From positions 1 through 42,023 of IMG/VR virus record IMGVR_UViG_3300032332_000812: a stretch of DNA of 42,023 nucleotides. One strand, 5' to 3'. A program made the position numbers and the translations under genes. Position 1 is the first letter of the stretch, and each line of letters starts with the position of its first letter. Origin of the DNA: a virus (lineage: Duplodnaviria; Caudoviricetes). Below the pieces are notes generated by a model. It saw only the letters and a list, made by a program, of their open reading frames with translations. It was not told the DNA's origin and searched no databases. Below are positions 37,466 through 42,023 of the stretch, piece by piece.

Positions 37466-37492
37466 AAAAAGCCGGAGCAATCCGGCTTTTTT
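37466..37492 (+). terminator. Rho-independent (bidirectional-type) terminator
   Basis: AAAAAGCCGGA-GCAA-TCCGGCTTTTTT. Confidence 0.9.
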
Positions 37493-37507
37493 CTATTCAA
37501 ATGCCAG

Positions 37508-37536
37508 TTGACAACCGATAATTTTGGGTGTATAAT
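37508..37536 (+). promoter_or_regulatory. Consensus sigma70 promoter
   Basis: TTGACA-17 nt-TATAAT. Confidence 0.85.
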
Positions 37537-37542
37537 ATGCAC

Positions 37543-37773
37543 ATGATCAAGATTTCCCAAGGTCAATCTCATATAACTCTCCGAGCAGGTGATGAAGATT
37601 TCACATTCTCGCCCAACGGCATTACCCTAGTGCCCAGAGCCAGCTTTGAAATCAGCAAGCATTGTCCACGGGAATATCGAATGATCATTGGAGAATGCAT
37701 TGGTAACGGCTGGATCAAGCCTGTGGCCCACATGCGAGATATGGAATACACCATGGAGTTATTGCTAAAATGA
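37543..37773 (+). CDS. Hypothetical protein (probably leaderless)
   Basis: ATG 6 nt after the -10 box; no RBS. Confidence 0.65.
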   Translation: MIKISQGQSHITLRAGDEDFTFSPNGITLVPRASFEISKHCPREYRMIIGECIGNGWIKPVAHMRDMEYTMELLLK

Positions 37774-38162
37774 GCATGCACCTACATCACCCCAGTCTCA
37801 GCCTCAACGGTCGCCGCCGGGGCAAGGTCAAGTTCCGCAATGCGGAAGAAGCACGTAAGCATCGCGAGCTTGAAGCTGACTGGCAAGAGCTGCAAAAGAA
37901 GTGGGGAGTTGAGCAAGAGACCAAGCGCCAGCGCCGTGCCATGTCTGCAGAGACCTTGGTATATTCGTTACCCACACCAGTTGGACGTACCAACACTCAT
38001 CACATCCCCAGTCTTAATACTGTAGGCGGCACTGCACCACTGTCTACCCCCAAGGTCTACACTGGCACCAAGGTAAAAGGTATTGCCACCATGCACAAGA
38101 GCAATGCAGTACCAGTATTCTCAGACGAGGAAGCTATCGACATAAGTAAAATGAGGAGATAG
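37770..38162 (+). CDS. Hypothetical protein of a type seen in T4-like phages
   Basis: C-terminal YTGTKVKGIATMHKSNAVPVF...AIDISKMRR. Confidence 0.75.
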   Translation: MSMHLHHPSLSLNGRRRGKVKFRNAEEARKHRELEADWQELQKKWGVEQETKRQRRAMSAETLVYSLPTPVGRTNTHHIPSLNTVGGTAPLSTPKVYTGTKVKGIATMHKSNAVPVFSDEEAIDISKMRR

Positions 38163-38169
38163 TTATTCA

Positions 38170-38952
38170 ATGAGATTACTTCAAGAAGGATACTTCAGCT
38201 GTGGCTATAGGTTAGCAGCATTAGGTGATGCCATAGTCATGAGTCCGATTGTGCGCAGATTTGCCCGGGACTCGGACCGTTTGTATTTTCCTGTCAGGGC
38301 TGCAAACTACCAAACAGTCAGGTGCCTGTTCCAGGACCTGGACAGTGTTGATGTGTTTGCATATTCAGCTGATGCAGAGATTGAGCAGTATCTCAGTACA
38401 CGCAAGCATTTTAGGATCAATGCTCCGGAAATGGTGATCACGGACATATACCTTCCGGGCATCTCGGGCGCAGTGCCTATCCCTATCAATTGGGATAGAC
38501 AATTGTACGAGTTCTATGACATTCCGTTTTCGGCTAGATATCATGAATTTCGATTGCCAAGGAAAATCGAAGGAGTGGATGAGCTGTACAATCGTCTGAC
38601 TGCGGGTGCCACTGACTACTGCCTGGTACATCAACAGACCTACCACCACACTCGGGGCGAGATGCAGTTGAACTTGGCCCTGTGGCGCCAGCAGTATAAT
38701 CTACCCCCACTAAAAATTATCGAAGTCACTCCGGACATAACCAGCAACATGCTGGAGTATGTGAAACTGATTGAAAACGCCCGGGAAATACATTGTGTGC
38801 CCAGTAGTTTCTTCTGCCTGGTTGACAGCATAACCGAACGCACCCAGGCCACTCTGTACTATCATGATATACGTGCCACCACCATGATGCAGATAAATTC
38901 AAAATGGAACAACTTCCGGTGGCATGTAGTACACTATGATAAAAAATTATAA
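38170..38952 (+). CDS. Putative GT-B-fold glycosyltransferase-like protein
   Basis: LGDAIVMSPIVR, LIENAREIHCVPSSF, reminiscent of GT9 motifs. Confidence 0.55.
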   Translation: MRLLQEGYFSCGYRLAALGDAIVMSPIVRRFARDSDRLYFPVRAANYQTVRCLFQDLDSVDVFAYSADAEIEQYLSTRKHFRINAPEMVITDIYLPGISGAVPIPINWDRQLYEFYDIPFSARYHEFRLPRKIEGVDELYNRLTAGATDYCLVHQQTYHHTRGEMQLNLALWRQQYNLPPLKIIEVTPDITSNMLEYVKLIENAREIHCVPSSFFCLVDSITERTQATLYYHDIRATTMMQINSKWNNFRWHVVHYDKKL

Positions 38953-39559
38953 CATTGACCAACATGGTGTGATACACCAGCAAGATCGACAGCCGTTTAC
39001 TTACGATAAAAATTACATAGACGCTGGCTATGGTAAGTTGGTGCAGCTGACTGATGAAATGGCCTATTTGAGATTGGGCTACATCATTGGCGTCATTGGT
39101 CGTGTTCCACTATCAGTACTGGATGTAGGCTACGGCACTGGTGACTTCCTTAAGGTGTGCAATCGCATAGTAGATCGCTGTGCTGGCCATGATTTGTTTC
39201 GTGATTTGCTACCTGCAGGATGTGATTTTGTAGAAGACATCACAGCCCAGCACTATGATGTCATTACCTTCTTTGACAGCCTGGAACACTATCCTGACAT
39301 TGATTTTGTACAAAAATTAAATTGTAATTATGTAGTAGTCTCGTTGCCATGGTACCATAACATCAGTGACGAATGGTTCAGCACCTGGAAACATCGCAAG
39401 CCCGATGAACATCTGCACCATTTTGATCTCAGCAGTTTGACAAACTTCATGCGATCTCAGGGATTCCGATTAGTTGGGCACTCGAATGTGGAAGATACTA
39501 TTAGGAAATCCGCCAGTACCTTACCCAACATACTTACAGCAGTTTTCGAGCAGATCTGA
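38936..39559 (+). CDS. Class I SAM-dependent methyltransferase
   Basis: VLDVGYGTGDF, YDVITFFDSLEH, EHLHHF...SL. Confidence 0.85.
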   Translation: MIKNYNIDQHGVIHQQDRQPFTYDKNYIDAGYGKLVQLTDEMAYLRLGYIIGVIGRVPLSVLDVGYGTGDFLKVCNRIVDRCAGHDLFRDLLPAGCDFVEDITAQHYDVITFFDSLEHYPDIDFVQKLNCNYVVVSLPWYHNISDEWFSTWKHRKPDEHLHHFDLSSLTNFMRSQGFRLVGHSNVEDTIRKSASTLPNILTAVFEQI

Positions 39560-39565
39560 TTCTGG

Positions 39566-39594
39566 TTGACCTTTTGGGAGATCTGTGTTACAAT
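39566..39594 (+). promoter_or_regulatory. Sigma70-like promoter
   Basis: TTGACC-17 nt-TACAAT. Confidence 0.75.
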
Positions 39595-39600
39595 GCAGTC

Positions 39601-39828
39601 ATGTATAGAGTAATAGGAAAAGAAGAAACCTTCAAAGTTCTTACACTGGCTGAGGCCATGAATGTTGCCAAGCACATGAACGAGTTTGTGACCATTCGAG
39701 GTGCGGACTTTGAAGTATGTGGCCTGTTTGGGGTCGACACTGTTCGGGATGGTAAGACCCCAGACGGTGTGGTATATACCTGGAACAAGGCGTCACGAAT
39801 TGGACGAACAAAAAAGGAGGGCAATTGA
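39601..39828 (+). CDS. Hypothetical protein (probably leaderless)
   Basis: ATG 39601 is 6 nt after the -10 box. Confidence 0.65.
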   Translation: MYRVIGKEETFKVLTLAEAMNVAKHMNEFVTIRGADFEVCGLFGVDTVRDGKTPDGVVYTWNKASRIGRTKKEGN

Positions 39829-40496
39829 TGGCCGATAACATTAACATAAAAAAAGATTTCTTATATCTTTTAAAAGACGAACTAAATGATGGCATCCTAC
39901 ATGCTACTGATTCATATGATGCAGCAACTGCCATGTCATTGTTTTCCCCAAGAATTACACTGACACCAATTGAGACACAGGCACCATGGTTAAAGGAAAA
40001 TTTAAAAACTCCAGACTATAAAAATAAACATGTATTTTTAAAATGGGAATCCAAAAACGCATTGCGATTTGTAGTGCCTCTTGAAGAAAACGAAATAACG
40101 CCAGAATACATTGCATACCGGAATGAAATTATAGTACGGACTCGTTATCAAGAACTTCTAATAACACGTTGCGATATACTTTTAGTAACAAATGGTATTG
40201 AAACTCCGATGCTAGAAAGATATGCTGCGACAATAGTCAATGAGCTATCAAAATGTTCAGTTGAGGAAAACACGTTTTCACCGGCTGTTGTAAATTATGC
40301 AATAATCAGTGAAATTGATACGGTAACTGCATTTAATGAATTAAAGTTACACATTGACAACATGGCACAAACACGCCTGAGAAATTTAGCGGTTTATATC
40401 AAGTTTAGAAATATACTGAATCGATCGCCATTGGCGGATCAAGGAAAAATATTTGAATTAGCAATCGATGCAATTTATAGGGCTTCCCAAGCATGA
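39828..40496 (+). CDS. Hypothetical protein (AT-rich cassette, gene 1)
   Basis: AAGGAGG RBS; TGATG overlap. Confidence 0.7.
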   Translation: MADNINIKKDFLYLLKDELNDGILHATDSYDAATAMSLFSPRITLTPIETQAPWLKENLKTPDYKNKHVFLKWESKNALRFVVPLEENEITPEYIAYRNEIIVRTRYQELLITRCDILLVTNGIETPMLERYAATIVNELSKCSVEENTFSPAVVNYAIISEIDTVTAFNELKLHIDNMAQTRLRNLAVYIKFRNILNRSPLADQGKIFELAIDAIYRASQA

Positions 40497-41581
40497 AACA
40501 ATTAATACTGGCAACACAATCAAGCGCAATGGAATCCTTGGGCCACCCGGACGTAAAAGACTGGGCAGGCATTTATAATCTAATCAGTAAAAACGTAAAC
40601 ATCATTGATCGTTGTGAACACCTTATTACACCTTTTAACTTTAAGAGTGTATTCCCAATCCCTGCCACTGACAACTTTAACAAGACCTACGAAGAAGTTT
40701 GTATTGAATCAGCACAAAAGATTATTGCCCATAGTCGTGCAATCAACAAGCCAATTTTGATCATGTACAGTGGTGGCATTGACAGTACCGTGGTAGCTGT
40801 TAGCTTTATGATTGCGGCTGAAGGTGACTACAGCAATTTAAAGATTGCACTTAGCACACATAGCATTAGAGAAAACGCAAACTTCTATTATGATCATATC
40901 CGTGGAAAGATTGAAGTAATCCCAAGCGAAACAGCGTTGGATTCGATCACATCTGACTATATCATTGTTGGTGGTGAAGGGAACGACCAGTTGTTTGGTA
41001 CTGACATTTATAAAACCATACGAAATTATGCCGGTATTCCTTTTATACACCAACCATATACTGAGCAAAATATAACTGACTTTTTCAAGCATTATGGCCT
41101 TAGTGAAAGGCAAGCAACTGTTTGGTATTCGCTGATGCATGATCAAATTCGTGCAACTCAAATAGCAGATATTACAACTGTCAAAGATTTCTTTTGGTGG
41201 TACAATTTCTGCTACAAGTGGCAAAACGTGTATTTTAGAATACCTGCACGTAGTACTTCTAGTCAACCATTGTCTAAAGAGTTTTTGGACACGTACTACT
41301 TTCAGTTTTTTATGAATGATGATTTTCAAAGATGGAGTATTTTAAATCCAGACAAGAAGATTGAAGATACTTGGAAGAGTTATAAAAAAGCTGCCAAAGA
41401 ATTTATCTACAAGTTTAACGACGACCGAGAATACTTTTTAAATAAAACAAAAGTACCTAGCTTAATAAACATTTTTAGACAGCGTAAAGTTCATCCGGGC
41501 ATTGACAGCAATTATTCATTAATGACCGAGCTTGACCCTGCTGAATATTATAATCCAAACAACAGCTTTGCTAACTTTTAA
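40493..41581 (+). CDS. Asparagine-synthetase-C-like PP-loop ATPase (cassette gene 2)
   Basis: IMYSGGIDST and IVGGEGNDQLFG motifs; no N-terminal Cys glutaminase domain. Confidence 0.75.
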   Translation: MKQLILATQSSAMESLGHPDVKDWAGIYNLISKNVNIIDRCEHLITPFNFKSVFPIPATDNFNKTYEEVCIESAQKIIAHSRAINKPILIMYSGGIDSTVVAVSFMIAAEGDYSNLKIALSTHSIRENANFYYDHIRGKIEVIPSETALDSITSDYIIVGGEGNDQLFGTDIYKTIRNYAGIPFIHQPYTEQNITDFFKHYGLSERQATVWYSLMHDQIRATQIADITTVKDFFWWYNFCYKWQNVYFRIPARSTSSQPLSKEFLDTYYFQFFMNDDFQRWSILNPDKKIEDTWKSYKKAAKEFIYKFNDDREYFLNKTKVPSLINIFRQRKVHPGIDSNYSLMTELDPAEYYNPNNSFANF

Positions 41582-41595
41582 GAAAGGAGGGCATA

Positions 41596-42023
41596 ATGCC
41601 TAGTGTATTTTTAGTCAGTGATACACATTTTGGACACATGGGTGTGTGCAAGTTCACACGCAATGACGGTGTGACCAAATTGCGTCCCTATGCCACACCT
41701 GAGGAAATGGACGAGGACATGGTCGCCAAGTGGAACGCCCGAGTCCGACCCACAGACAAGGTGTACCATTTGGGCGACGTGGTGATCAACCGCCGTGCCT
41801 TGCCCACCTTGGCCCGATTGAACGGTGACAAGGTCTTGATCCGTGGTAACCACGACATCTTCCGTGACGAGGAATATCGCACATACTTTCGAGAATTGCG
41901 AGCCTACCATGTCATGAACGGAATGATCTTGAGCCACATCCCGTTGCACTCAGACAGCTTGGGCCGCTTTGGTGTCAACATCCACGGACACACTCACTCA
42001 AATCGTGTAATGAAGGCCCGTGG
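41596..42023 (+). CDS. Calcineurin-like metallophosphoesterase, 3'-truncated by the window edge (missing from ORF track)
   Basis: AAGGAGG RBS; SDTHFGH, YHLGD, RGNHD, LSHIP, IHGHTH. Confidence 0.9.
   Translation, partial: MPSVFLVSDTHFGHMGVCKFTRNDGVTKLRPYATPEEMDEDMVAKWNARVRPTDKVYHLGDVVINRRALPTLARLNGDKVLIRGNHDIFRDEEYRTYFRELRAYHVMNGMILSHIPLHSDSLGRFGVNIHGHTHSNRVMKAR

Noticed and set aside
41611-41949. Minus-strand ORFs at the window end
   Set aside because: The real gene is the + strand metallophosphoesterase from 41596, which lacks a stop inside the window

Overview
This window is a 42-kb segment of a large T4-superfamily myovirus (tailed dsDNA phage); nearly all real genes are on the + strand. 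1-17.9 kb is a late/structural block: neck gp13, dNMP kinase, tail sheath, tail tube, a tube-cap-like protein, gp4 head-completion nuclease and terminase subunits, with a set of low-complexity proteins between the terminase genes that share capsid-targeting-like N-termini and a repeated (L/M)xx(L/M)AGL motif. 18-20.8 kb encodes gp32 SSB, UvsX and UvsY. 20.8-25.7 kb holds small early ORFs, including an unannotated ArfA-like peptide. The accessory region contains tRNA(CAT, Ile2-like) followed by a compact GNAT / acyl carrier protein / PP-loop ATPase / GNAT / desaturase cluster, then a nucleotide-sugar, methyltransferase and glycosyltransferase cluster. It also contains a Ro60/TROVE-like vWA gene preceded by two structured RNA elements sharing a covarying stem plus ACAGCAA motif, an AT-rich asparagine-synthetase-like cassette flanked by 11-bp direct repeats, and a truncated metallophosphoesterase. 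Best novelty candidates are the ACP-centred mini biosynthetic cluster and the Ro-like protein with its putative RNA ligands. All calls come from motif recognition by eye; no searches or folding programs were run.
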